In this document: positions 23,670-36,149 of the stretch, piece after piece | Position numbering within the stretch: the stretch's first letter is position 1 | How the letters are laid out: the number at the start of each line of letters is the position of its first letter | Assembly (NCBI GenBank): GCA_977016875.1 | Contig: CDRNST010000088.1 | Span: forward strand, 2,604,001 to 2,668,000 | From: Pavona decussata | Taxonomy: Eukaryota | Direction: 5' to 3' | Length of the DNA: 64,000 nucleotides | Notes under the pieces: model-generated | Databases searched by the model: none | What the model saw: the letters and a program-made list of their open reading frames with translations, nothing else | What the model was told of the DNA's origin: nothing | Made by a program: the position numbers and the translations under genes

Positions 23670-25520
23670 TGTCCTTGATCTAATGGCTGAAGCATTCATT
23701 AATGAGCTGAAAGATATCAACCTAGTTGTTCATTCATTGGTCCCCGAGAGATTCAAATTTACAGAAGACAACAAAGTGGGTGCTTATCCACACCCAGTTG
23801 ATGTTACCAATGCTGGAAATGGAGTACTGTTCATGTTAGTTTTTTACTCCTACAAGCAAACAAAGTAGGCTTGTTCAGCTGCAGCTGCATAATCCAGTGA
23901 GGAGAGAAGTTGTCACTGAAAAGCTCTTGGGTGCTCAGTCACTTTGTGCTTGCAATGGCTTTGTATTTGTGTACACTGCCGATGGCATTGTTGTTGCCGA
24001 GCACACCCAGCAAAGAGCGATCAAGGTCCAGTCACTTAAGAAACCAGAACTTATTGCTGAGCTAACAAAAAGGGGAATCAACGCTACGGGAAATGTGAAG
24101 GATCTCAGAGAAAGGTTAAATGCACAATTTCTGCAACTGAAAACGAGGTACGCTTCTGAGCAGAAATGCGACAATGTCCTTCATTTGAATAAGGATGTGG
24201 TTGTTTTTGATGTAATATGTTCTGCATCAGATGAAGTGTTGTTAGCAAACTGCAACACACAAGAACAGATTTACCAGATTTCAGTCGGGAAGGATGGTGT
24301 TGCACTAACTGGCAGTGTCACAGAGCTAGTTGCCTACCCTGAAAGGCACAGAGAAAGTGAGCGGCATGACTGTTAGCAATGGACACTTTTACTTTTCCTC
24401 AGAAGGGCCTAAAGGAGGGCTTTTCCAGTTCAGTTTTGTTCTAGTGTTACGTCGTGCCTCGTGACAGCTTCAGAACAATGTAAGGTGCACGGGGTTGTTA
24501 CATTTAATGAGGGAATAGCATTCTCTGACCCAAAAGCACACCAAATCAAGCACTACAACAAGAAGGAACGGGCAAAGGACGTGCCGAATTTGCAAACTTC
24601 ATGCAACCTACTGTAATTTGTTCCGAGTTTGATTGCATGTTGTGTGTTTGTGACTCATAACTCGGAGAGATTTCTATTGTTACTGGATTGCGAATTTCTT
24701 TCTGTTATTGGAAAGTTGTACTGTTGTTTTGGTGTCCACAAGAAACACCAAGTGGTAACACCATTGGGAGCTGACAAATATGAAGAAACACTGATGTCCG
24801 TTGCAAGTTACATCAAGCACTCAGTTGATAAAGTTAGGGAGGTCACAGAAAACCAAAAGAAAATATCATCAGAAAAGTCATCGGCATTGAAGCAAAAAAA
24901 CAACACCCCCAAACAAATATTGCCTTTCATAACACAGTATCAACTGTCAACGGCCCAACCTCATGTTTAAATGGGAAAATGGCACTTAATACAAAACCAA
25001 CCTATGAGAAATCTTCAAAGAGCCACCACTAATTTCCTTTAAGAAAGGAAAATCTCTAAATGACATGCTTGTCAGAGCAAAAAATTAAGGAGGATACACT
25101 TAAAAAATGTTTCTATTGTTAGAAGTCGTGCAGGCCTGTCACCCCTACCTATCACCTACTATTCCGTTACTGTCACCACTGCCAGCTATATAAATGAGCG
25201 ATGTGCATCAGGATTTCATGAGAGAATGAGCAAGAAATAATGGGACTGAGACTGTGCGGCAAAGAACTGTAAGACAGGTGACTACGAAATACAAATCAGG
25301 CACACTTCTGTTGAACATGTGTCAGACTGAAGAACCGGCAAATTGGAGAGAAACTACAGTTTGATGGGGCAAGTGAGAAAAGGGAAGAAGCAATTGAAGG
25401 TGACAAGTAGTGATGAAAGTGGTACTGACCCGGACAGTGATCTGAGTGATGATGAACTGACAAGACGAAGCTTGTCTTTTTTGAGAACCACTCGCTCAGG
25501 ATACAGTAGCGGATAGTCAT
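23670..25520 (+). pseudogene. Decayed SAP-domain / beta-propeller-like gene, probably transposon-associated, interrupted by a Penelope fragment
   Basis: VQSLKKPELIAELTKRGINATGNVKDLRERL (SAP). Many stops and frameshifts. A coding-like frame resumes after 25150 (VRQRTVRQVTTKYKSGTL). Confidence 0.55.
24871..25146 (+). mobile_element. Penelope-like element 3' fragment
   Basis: ILPFITQYQ...MGKWHLIQNQP...FKEPPLISFKKGKSL.DMLVRA matches the PLE post-RT linker motif. Confidence 0.75.
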
Positions 25521-25569
25521 CCTAGGCTCTACTACAAAGTTTTTTCAATTATCCAAGCCACAAAAGATC

Positions 25570-27073
25570 TAGACATCGACGAGAACAGGTGAAGCAACTA
25601 AGGACAACCATAAAGAAAGGATGGCCGGAAAAAAGATCAGACCTTCCCAAACCCCCTCTACCCCTACTACGACATGAGAGACCCCCTGACTGCACGAGCT
25701 GGTATTCAAGGGAGAATGTCTCGTGGTACCTGGCAGTCTTGCAAGGAACTCATGCGAACCACACACAGCTCACATATCCGCATCGAAGGGTGCAACGCCC
25801 GCGACGCCCTCTACCAGCCCTCTCCAGCGCGCGACGCCCTCTACTGGCCTTGCATAGCGATGGAGTTGAGGGAATACGTTTCAAAGTGTCACACTTATCA
25901 CACCGCCCGAAGCAGACCAAAGAACTGCTGCCACAACATGAGGTTACAGACCGACCCTGGTCTAAAGTCGCAGCCGACCTTTGCGAGCTGGACAACCGCA
26001 CACTGCTTTTCATCGTCGACTACTACAGTAATTTCATGGAAGTTGCTCGTCTAAGCTTGGTAACCTCTCGCAGTGTCATCAAAGAAATGAAAGCTACGTT
26101 AGTAAGATATGGCATCGTCACTGATAACTTTCCTCAGTTTGCATCCGCAGAATTCGCTGGTTTGTGAAATCGAGGATGTTCCAGCATATCACGTCCTTGT
26201 CCTACCACCTTCAGTCCAATGGGAAAGCGGAAAACGCAGTCAAAACAGTGAAGCGTCTCTTCACCAAATGCCATGAGTCAGGTCAGTAAGAATTACCACT
26301 GCTGCTCGACTGGCGAAACACGCCAACAGAAGGAGTTGGGGCAAGCCCCGCTCAGTGCCTAATAGGCTGTCGCTGTAAAACACTGCTACCTGTGGCTGAT
26401 ACGCTTTTGGAGCCACGATATTCCAACAATGGGGAGATGCGTGCTCTTGTGGGCCAGAAGGAACGATAGCGTTCTTACTATGGCAAGCACACCAAACCGC
26501 TTCAGCCCATTCACCAAGGCAACACCGTGCGTACAAGACTTGCAGGGCAGAGAACGTGGAGTCCAGGCACCTGCATAGGCCAGGTTGGTCCTCGCAGCTA
26601 CGAGGTAAAAGTTGGGAGAGTTAGTAAACGGGCAGAACTGTCGCCAACTGGTTCGTTCCAATGAACCTCCCATTCCAGACACCCCCGAGATGGTACCTTC
26701 GACATCGGAACTGGAACAAGCCGAACTGCCCACCTAATCCCCCAACAGCCCTGTGCCTCAGCAACAACCACCCCCCTCAAAGTCTTCGTAGATCACACCG
26801 TATACAGAGACCACCCGTCTGCTTAAATGACTTTGTTCCTAGCTGAACCTATGAATCTGATATTCAATGACTTTGAAATATTAGGCGTGATTCTTTTGCA
26901 TACTTCAGTACTGGTGTTGTTTCTTTTTATTTCATTTTTTCTTTGTAAGAGAGAAGATGTTATGAAACTGCTTATCTCCAAACCGCAACCGCGTGTTTGC
27001 TATAGAAAGATAATCAACCAGTGGGCGTTTCATACCAGAAATAGGTTTTTGGTTCCTTAGCGTGATCCACACA
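25570..27073 (+). mobile_element. Gypsy LTR retrotransposon remnant: integrase region, PPT and short 3' LTR
   Basis: IKKGWP, ARDALYWP, RPWSKVAADL...VDYYSNF and SNGKAENAVKT. The purine tract aagagagaaga is followed by TGTTATG at 26958. The LTR 3' end is approximate. Confidence 0.82.
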
Positions 27074-27111
27074 ATCTCAAGTTCAGTCCCTGTAATTCTT
27101 TATTGAGTTAA

Positions 27112-27520
27112 GGGGGCAATTTACCTAAATTTAAATGAAATTTAAAGAGGTTTTAAGAAGGGATAGAAGTAAGAAAATGATTTTTGGAACACCAACAGAC
27201 AGTTGATACCCACGCAAGAGCACCCCGGGTTGTTAGTGGACTAACTTGGTATCCGTCAATTAATTATTAAATACAAATTCTAATTTTAAAACTTCACTAA
27301 ATCTTCAATATTTCTTATTTCTCTTAATTTAACCAATCCTTCTAAAAAAAACTACTCCTCCCAAATACATCCAAAAATCACCCCAAAATTCACAAAATAC
27401 CCCACAACACAGATTCACGGGATAATGATAGGGTTTTTGGATTGCTTGAAACGTGAATGAGAAATTGCCATTAAAGCCATGTCAAGTGGCAGAAAAATGG
27501 CGTTTAGGTTAATTGCCCCC
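27112..27520. mobile_element. TTAA-flanked non-autonomous element, copy 1
   Basis: ttaa-gggggcaatttacctaaa ... tttaggttaattgccccc-ttaa. Confidence 0.85.
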
Positions 27521-28023
27521 TTAAGACGAACATTTTAAAGAACATCGGTGATGCAATCGACATCAACCTAAAAGATGTAAAGAAATCCATGAGTTCAAGA
27601 CTTCTGCCAGAGTTGTGAATAAAAACAATAATTTTATGACATTAAAGGACGAAAACAAGCTTCGCACCAAAACGAGGCCGTGCCTTGTGCACTTCTAAGA
27701 AAATGTGTCCCACATGGGAGAGAAAGACGCTGTGGCGTCTTATATAATGTTTTCAGCATCATCAGGTTTTCGGAGCTCCCTCGGCGGGTGGTCCGGTGAG
27801 GGTGGGACTCTGCAGAGACTGCGCCCAGTAACTCTACCCCAATGAGGGGGGTAGGGGGAGCAGAGACGGGGGAGCATTTTGCTCAAATTATTTTTCATTT
27901 TTTTTATTGTTATATTAACATGTTAAAAGGCGCGTTTTAACTCGCATCCACTTCAGATGGATGTATCTGGCACTGTAAATTCGATGTTAATGTTTAGAAA
28001 GCTATGTTCTTGTCCCCCTTTAT

Positions 28024-28432
28024 GGGGGCAATTTACCTAAATTTGAATGAAATTTAAAGAGGTTTTAAGAAGGGATAGAAGAAAGAAAATGATTTTTGGA
28101 ACACCAACAGACAGTTGATACCCATGCAAGAGCACCCCGGGTTGTTAGTGGACTAACTTGGTATCCGTCTATTAATTATTAAATACAAATTCTAATTTTA
28201 AAACTTCACTAAATCTTCAATATTTCTTATTTCTCTTAATTTAACCAATCCTTCTAAAAAAAACTACTCCTCCCAAATATATCCAAAAATCACCCCAAAA
28301 TTCACAAAATACCCTACAACACAGATTCACGGGATAATGATAGGGTTTTTGGATTGCTTGAAACGTGAATGAGAAATTGCCATTAAAGCTATGTCAAGTG
28401 GCAGAAAAATGGCGTTTAGGTAAATTGCCCCC
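28024..28432. mobile_element. TTAA-flanked non-autonomous element, copy 2 (near-identical direct copy)
   Basis: Same ~409-bp sequence with 18-bp TIRs and only a few substitutions relative to copy 1. Confidence 0.85.
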
Positions 28433-29883
28433 TTAAGACCTCAATAAATCTAATTCAATAGCAACAAGCCTACCGTCTTGTTCTTACAAGGCAAAATGGC
28501 GAACAAACACGGTGAGAAGTTACTGACACAAGGCACAAAATTGGCGTTAGTTCAGTGTACACGTAATGTCTTGTCACACTTGGCCTTTGCTCTCAGGGCA
28601 TTTGTGGTGCAATGCTTTGAATTGCACATCAAAACGTATAGTCAACAACTCTCTTACAGTGAGAATTCAGAAATTGGGCAACCCAATCACTCATTCTTTG
28701 ATCCTCAATCCTCAATATCTGATAACCGCGAATGCAAGCCAATTTTCTAACGATCTTTACACGACTGCAGTGGTTGCGCAGATCAGCCATTGTACTTCAG
28801 TTATCATCATTGAAATTTCATTTTCTCTGTACTGGACATTTGATGTACTTTTTTAAACAAACCTTGCACGTACTTGCCAAAAGATATTTCCCACAGCCTT
28901 TCTCTTATTTAAGTTTTTAATTTATTTTCCAAACATTTAAACACGATTTATTCACTGCGTTGTACTGCCAAAGGGTCATTGTGTGAAATCAGTCAGAAAA
29001 ACAAAAACGTTGATGCACAGAAAAACTTGAACAAGTTTTGAAGGAATTCAGGTTTCGATTTGGTATCGCGCTCGCTGCATTTATCTTCTATTTCAAGTTT
29101 GCCTTTTCAGCTCCTTTTATTAGACACCAATATTAGTGCTGATTCTGTACGCTGATTTTTCTTTGGATTGAATTACCCGATTGCTGAACTTTACATGTAA
29201 ACGGTAGTAGGACAATGATAGAAAGGGTGTTGCCTTTTGCTCTGGGTGCGCAAAAATTGGTATCCACATTAAACCACTCTTCCAGGGATGCGTGGTTAAT
29301 AAATTTCAATATGATCTGTGCAAAGTAGATTATTTTGGGTACACAATCCGACATTTATCCAATAGATCAGCGAACACAAACACTCAGTAATTGGGAGGCA
29401 CATAGAGGAGCGTGGACTAATGAAGTCTGCTATAGAGGAAAAACAATATTCTATTTTGAAGAAATCCAGATCGAAGGTTAAAGTCATTGCTATTTTCACT
29501 TTGACGAGAAGAGACTTTAAAACTTGTGAGAGAGTGTCCACCTCTTTGTTTTTGTTCCCACATACTGATAGCTGCCACAGTATCTGGAACAAATTTGCAG
29601 TAATACTCTTGTAGTTCAATAAAACCATGTCACTTAGCAAGAAGATGAACCTTGAAGGTGACCCGACATCAGTGGGTAGAGACGAATATCAATATCCAAA
29701 AACACAGGCAGGTTTGTGATTGGTTTTCAATAAAAATAATTTTGTTGATGGTGTGTACGGATGCCTACACGATCATAATAAGTATTCTGTTTAAAGCTAA
29801 TGCAAATGAGATCAGTCATCTTGTCATCGTGGGAAAATCACACCTTCACTTTTGCGAATCTAAACTGGAATGTGTTTTGGAAT

Positions 29884-31054
29884 AGCCTGCTATCAGGCGT
29901 TTTTTTTTGGAAAACAGGGGAAGGGAAGAAAAGCTAGGAAAGAACACCTGATACATTTACTTTGCGAGCTTTTTTGTAGTGAAAGGGGGAAGGGAGAAAA
30001 GGTAAGATGAACTAGAGATGTTTTGACTCTTTTGGAATCAATTCAAAATATCTTGCAAAATCGCGTCGGAAGTATGGCTGAGACGACTTCTTTTGTTCAG
30101 GAAATGATCCTTTGGATGCATTCCATCTGCACTTTGTTTAACCTGCGATCATACCCTCCCTCCCCTATATTTAGACATGGGGAAGGAGGGCATGATACAT
30201 TTACTTGTCGGATCATATGTTCAAAACCAGATTCTCTCATTGATCGAGAACAATACTCATGATTTGCTGTCTTCTGATTAGCTGTCATATTTCAACAATA
30301 CTTCCGGCCAGAAGCTGGTCAGAAAACGAAATGGTGCAGACAAAGCGAGTTTTTGCAAGGACGAGTTTTCTTTTGCGTTAGTTGAAGCCCTGACGAATTT
30401 CAATTGTAATTCTCTGAAGGCAGAGTGTTGTTCAGGTGAAGATGTTTTGGCTGTTCTCTCAGCAGGTTTCTTGAAAATCACAAAGGTGTTGGAATGTTTC
30501 AGAACTGTTTACAAAATGAAAATGGATATATATTTCCTTGCTCAACTCTTGGGTAGCCCTCGATCTTGTTTTTGATATAATGCTTACCCTTCTGTAGATC
30601 CACTTGGAGAATTTTCATGGAGCCGTTTAACAGCTTTTAAATTTCTTGCGCGATCTTGACTTTCACGATAATAATCTCCAGTTCATGAAAGAGTGTTGAA
30701 GTACTAACTGCAGAATAGATGGCAAGTTAATATCACAGAAATAACAGCACGGTTTTATTTTTCCCGAGCACCATCTCACCCTGCTGCCGAATGCAGCAGG
30801 GTGAGAAAAAAAACACGGTGAAGTTTTCATGCATGTATATATGTAACCCTACAAATTATATTCTGGAGACATTTTTCGCGTCTCGTGGAAATATAGTGAT
30901 TTGACTTCTTGTGAATTGTTGGCTCGTAAATGACAGTTCGGACTCACCTTAGTTTATTTAAATTAGAGGGCGTTGGCGGCTGGTGTAATAAATGTATCAG
31001 GCATTATATTTTCTTTTCTCCCTTTCCCAAAAAAACTCCGCCTGATCACAGGTA
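29884..31054. mobile_element. Non-autonomous DNA element with degenerate TIRs
   Basis: agcctgctatcaggcg ... cgcctgatcacaggt, plus internal inverted cctgatacattt / aaatgtatcagg. Confidence 0.55.
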
Positions 31055-32782
31055 ACACTTCCTTTTATGAATAAAATCTTGAAGAGCCCAAGTTATATCC
31101 GCTCACATCTATCACCAGGCTTCGTTAACAGGAAGTCAGATATCCAACACGTAGAAATGGAGACTCATTTATTTTATGACAAAAGGCCAGATTGGAGCTT
31201 TTATTTGAAGCTGGACAGTAGAATAAAGGTTTACTTGTAAAAAAATGTCTTCCGCGGAAGCTAAAATTACCTGCCCTTAAAAGTTCTCAGTGTTCCACTC
31301 TGCACTACACATGATCAACTTTCCTCAAACATTCAGGGTAACAAGGCTCGTCACATCACGAGAAATTATTTAATTTATGCTTTTTCGATAGCATTTGGGA
31401 CAGCTATGTGAAACAGGCTGGCCTGCGTAGGTCTATAACTAATTACTTTTTCTCATATATGTTTGTTACATATATGTATATTTCTTATGTACCGTATATA
31501 CTTACGTTTTGTAGAAGATCAAAGTTTGGATGATGTTTCTGGATCCTTAGGGTGTTTACCCATGAAAATTGACTCTATGAAAGGTATTAATGAATGTATC
31601 TTGAACATGATTTCGGGTGTAATTCTTCAAACAGTTGTAAAATTGCACGAGCCAGTAGGCCAAATTCATAATTAAAAAAAGAATGAGTGCCTATTAATTC
31701 CAATTTAAAGGAAAAAAATTGTGATGAAATAATATGCATACAAAAAATTAAACTCAACTTTCTGCATTCAATTTCAACACTGTTTCAGACTTTAAAATTG
31801 ACATGTTCCCTGCCAATCAGCGTAGAAATATTTTTTTGTATATCATCACAGGGCAAAAGAATAATTTAAAATTAAATTTATTCACTAAATGGAACTATTA
31901 GAAATAAGGCCTTGACAATAGAGACCCCTTAACCTTTTTCAACTTTAATTATTTTTTGCAGATCAAAATAGTTTGGATAACTCCATAAACCCACACTTGA
32001 CTCCATGAAACCTGCAACTGACATCATAAAAAGTATATACAAAAATCAATCACTTAATGTCAGAGCCGGCAAACTATCATATTTTGGACTACACTGTGCA
32101 TTGTATAAAAAGTAACTTTTTTGTGGACGTTGACTGATACTTTTCTATACTTACAGGTAGAACCAAAGGGCAATCCCCATTTGCCAAGTGGCTGGAGGGT
32201 AAAGAAAAACATTTGCCATTGTACCCAAATGCAGCATCGAGCAAAGTTAAAATTTACATAAGGACAGAAGTATCAAAGGCAAAGGGTCTTGAAAAAAGAA
32301 GGAGAAATTTCTGGAAAAGCAAAGCAGAAGAGCTCTGTCAAGACAGGGTACTAAGTAAATACGGTATTATAATAACCTAAATGACAGAGCTTTAGCAGAC
32401 TATCAAGTCAAACGTGAAGTAGGCCTTGTAATTCCGGGATGCCACAATGCAAGGACGAGCAGAAAGAAAATTGTTGGTATCCTAAGCACAGAGATCAAGA
32501 TCATTAAAGAGTGCTATCCTTACTTTGAACTGGAAATTGAGCAAGATGCAACTCGCACACCGGTGTTAATTAAGCAACAACGCAAATAAATTGATTGATT
32601 GTATTAAACATTTGTTTCTAGTTTATGTGTGGTTTTCAGGGAAGGGGGGCATATAATATATAGGGGGCATTTGTTAGAGAGGGGCGTTTAATACAAACTT
32701 GTCAGCTTAGTGGGGCGTTTATTAGATAGGAGGCGTTCATAAGAGAGGGGGCATTTTATTAGATCATTTACAGTATACATGT

Positions 32783-33238
32783 TGTTACGAGGTTCACACC
32801 TCCATTTATAAACAGTTGTTTTATTAAAGTCACGCGTATTTATGTCACACGCGTTCCTATTATGTAATTTTTGCTAATGCCCATATATAGGCATGTAGGC
32901 AGCACGTGTTCAGGGATAAATATAGAACAGCCCTGGGAATATGTAGTTCTGAAAGAGAAAAGACTTTTGCTACTTTCGTGTTGGATTTTCCTTCACTCTG
33001 CTTTCTCCATTGGATGTTCCCTCCATTGGATGTTCCTCGACCTAAAGACTATATGGACACTTAAACTAGGCAGATAAGCATTCGAACATTTATATATTTG
33101 ATTGTACTGACTTATAGTTTATGTTAAGCGCACGTTGTGTTATATTAAATAAAGTATGTGTTCTTGTTCACGAATGTCGTCTGATTTACCGTTTGTTGCA
33201 GACGTTCACTTTGTCGCTTTACAATTACGTCTGTAACA
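32783..33238 (+). repeat. 5' LTR (456 bp)
   Basis: tgttacgagg...ctgtaaca. Contains a 16-bp tandem duplication (ctccattggatgttcc) absent from the 3' LTR. Confidence 0.95.
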
Positions 33239-33240
33239 AT

Positions 33241-33258
33241 TGGGGGCCTGTCCGGGAG
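33241..33258 (+). promoter_or_regulatory. Primer-binding site complementary to the tRNA-Pro 3' end
   Basis: tgggggcctgtccgggag versus the canonical tgggggctcgtccgggat, 2 nt after the LTR. Confidence 0.85.
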
Positions 33259-34509
33259 GAACTTGTTTATGAAACTTTGCTTGTCGTACGTTTCTCGAAC
33301 GTTCCTCAAACTTTTGGTTGTTATTGCTATTTCCTCAGTGAATCCGGCGATATTGAACATAACACAGAAATTTGATCAAGGGAAATTTATGCATTCGCCT
33401 ATTCAGGAGGTTTTCGACAGTTAAGTGAAGGATGAACTTATTACTCTGGGTAAACATTTAGACTTAGAAGTAAAGAAGTCAATGAAAAAGGATCAAATTC
33501 AGGAAATTATTTTGAAACATTTGGTTGGTCTAAAACTTTTTGACATATCTGTATTGGAATCTCGCTTAATGCCTGATGTAGAATTGAGAAAATTGGAACT
33601 CCAGTTGGAGCTTAAGAAATTAGAAATGCAAAAGGAACAGGAACTTAGAGAACGAGAATTACAAGAAAAAGAAAGATATCGGTTAGAGAGGGAGAAAGAA
33701 AAAGATCGGTTAGAAAGGGAGAAAGAAAGAGAATTATGCTTAGAAAAGCAAAGATTAGATCACGAATTAGAGCTGTAGAAGTTGGAATTAGAAGAGAAAT
33801 TAGGATCAAGACCTACTGGGACCAGTTCAAGTTCTACTTTTGATATAACAAAACATATTAGGCTGGTCCCACCTTTTCAAGAAGTTGAGGTTGATAAGTA
33901 TTTTCTACATTTTGAGAAAGTTGCAGAGAATCTAACAGGGCCCAAAAATTACTGGACCATGTTATTGCAGAGCGTCATAATGGGTGAGGCTAGAGAAATT
34001 TATACTCAGTTATCAGTACAACAAGCTTCAAATTATGATTCTGTTAAACAGTTCATTCTGAAGGGTTATGAAATAGTGCCAGAGGCGTACCGACAAAGGT
34101 TTCGTAATTGTGAGAAAGAAAGTAAACAAACCTATGTGGAATTTGCTAGGACAAAAGAACAGTTATTTGATCGCTGGTGTTCCTCGCAGAAGATTAATGA
34201 TGATTATAATAAGTTAAGACAACTGATCTTAATTGAGGAGTTTAAAGGGTGTATTCATAGTGATGTTCGAACTTATATTGACGAGCAAAAGCTAGAAACT
34301 CTTGATGAAGCTGCCCGTCTTGCCGATGATTACTCTCTGACTCATAGGATTTCGTTCGCTGATAAGTCCCACCAGTCCTTTTCTTGCAGTGGTCAAAATG
34401 GTTTGCGTTCATCTGGCCCATCAAGAAACCTTGGCAAGCAAGATCCGAAGAAGCAGAATTTTTATGACGAAATACATTCAAGTCCCAAATTCATTCCACC
34501 TGCTCAGAA

Positions 34510-35140
34510 ATCTCTTCACCGTGGGTTATCACCTTGACATGGTGGTGAAGCTTGTGAGGCTCAGTGACCTTTAGAACTATGCCGGCTGGGACCTTGGTCC
34601 CTGGCAGGTTCAACCTTGCCGGATTGGTCAAGAGGTAGAGCCCAGACAGAGAATAACCCACCGTTCCTACCGGTAGTAGGTTGAGCTTGGGGCCAATCAC
34701 CCCTTCTTGTAAAAAGTAACAGATTACGGAAACCTTAAATTCTCGAATCAATGAGTGTTATCTCACGAGTAGTACAACGACTTGCCAAACTCCAGAAGAT
34801 GAATACATCAAATGGGACGACGGTGGTATGACGGGTACACGTCCAATCCGAAAGGAAGCCTGTACTCTGATCAAGTCATTTGCTAACCCCAAAAAGATGC
34901 TCCGCATAGGAAATTGGAATCGGGCATATACTAAGGATGAAGGCAAATGAGAACCCAAGAATAGCTCTAACCTGGACACCAGAAGGAAAACGTAGGAGAA
35001 GTAGACCCAGAGAGACATGGAGAAGAACAGTTGAGAAGGAAAGAGGAGAACTTGGGTTCAATGGATGGACGGAAGCAAGTAACTGTGCCAGAAACCGTGA
35101 CACTTGGAGAGAAAGAATGAATGAATTCATTTCGAAGTGA
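34510..35140 (+). mobile_element. RTE-clade LINE deletion derivative (5' UTR and endonuclease start joined to the ORF C-terminus)
   Basis: RTE-type 5' motifs, then MLRIGNWN (APE start) directly followed by ALTWTPEGKRRRSRPRETWRRTVEKE...ARNRDTWR. Confidence 0.8.
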
Positions 35141-35920
35141 GTATATCTTGATACTCGTTCATTTAGTTCTCTCTTCAAAATGTTCGTGTTTTTCAGTTTT
35201 TGCATAAGACTGTAAACTTTGCCGGTACGACAAGCCCAACCTCCCTCTTTCTCTTCCCTGTAACTGTTGCAGTAAGGAGATTGTCAGTGTTTGCTGTACT
35301 CATAAAGTAAATTAATTTCTACAATCAAAAATGTTTTGTCTTTGTGGTATGAGCCTTTTAAATAAGCACCGCCCTCGAATAGGCGCCGCCCTCGAATAAG
35401 CACCGCACAGGAGACACGAAAAATTAAATAAGGGCCGCGGCGCTTATTCGAGTAAATACGGTATTCTATGTTCCGGCCAAAGTTATAGTAAAATGTATGG
35501 AATAGAACCTCGATATAACGAATTCTTCGATATAACGAACATAATCCGGAAGCCCAAACGTAAAATCTACCTCGATAAAACGAATTACAATGTCAACACG
35601 CGATAGAAGATAAACGCTGAACAGATCAACACTCTGAAGGTGTTGTTTTTTTGTAAACAAAAGCTGCGCGTCTGCTCAAAAGTGAAAATAATTGCTACTC
35701 AAAACCACCAAAAAAGCACTTCTGTGAGACGAAAATTGCATTGAATTGCGTGACATAAGTCACCTGTGTTGAAAATCAATCATTAACTATGACCTCAATA
35801 TAACGAACATTTTGGTCGTTTCCCCTCAAGTTTGTTATATCGAGGTTTTATAACGAACCCTCAATTTAACGAACAAATTTGGCCGGTCCCCAGCGACTTC
35901 ATTAAATCGAGGTTCCACTG
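35141..35920. mobile_element. Two truncated Tc1/pogo-like MITE ends
   Basis: ...gcgcttattcgagtaaatacggta ending near 35463, and (cgatataacgaa)n ... cgaggttccactg-ta ending near 35920. Confidence 0.65.
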
Positions 35921-36149
35921 TAGTTCTATTGTTTGTAATTACTGTAAACAGGGTGGTCACTTATCAGATTGCTTCAAAATTAAAAAGAAAACAACAGGCA
36001 CAAAACGAAGCCAAGCCCACGTTTTATTACATTTAAGAATACTATACCTCAAAGTTGTGACAGTCTGGGTGACACACTTCATGAGGTGAAATCTTTTTCA
36101 GACTCTGGTGATGTGAGCAGGAATTTTAATCTCCCATCTAAACCTATTA

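Larger units (their letters stand above)
33380..36090 (+). pseudogene. gag (coiled coil, SCAN-like capsid, zinc knuckle), interrupted by insertions at 34510-35920
   Basis: FDITKHIRLVPPFQE.EVDKYFLHFEK...YEIVPEAYRQRFR...LADDY. CNYCKQGGH..DC resumes at about 35925. Confidence 0.85.

Noticed and set aside
29130-29880. Possible decayed GPCR pseudogene on the minus strand (YYCKFVP, IILKFINHA)
   Set aside because: Only two weak motif resemblances among many stops. It cannot be supported without a search.
31960-32590. Exon-like coding fragments (EVSKAKGLEKRRRNFW...)
   Set aside because: Too fragmentary and frameshifted to assign a gene model.
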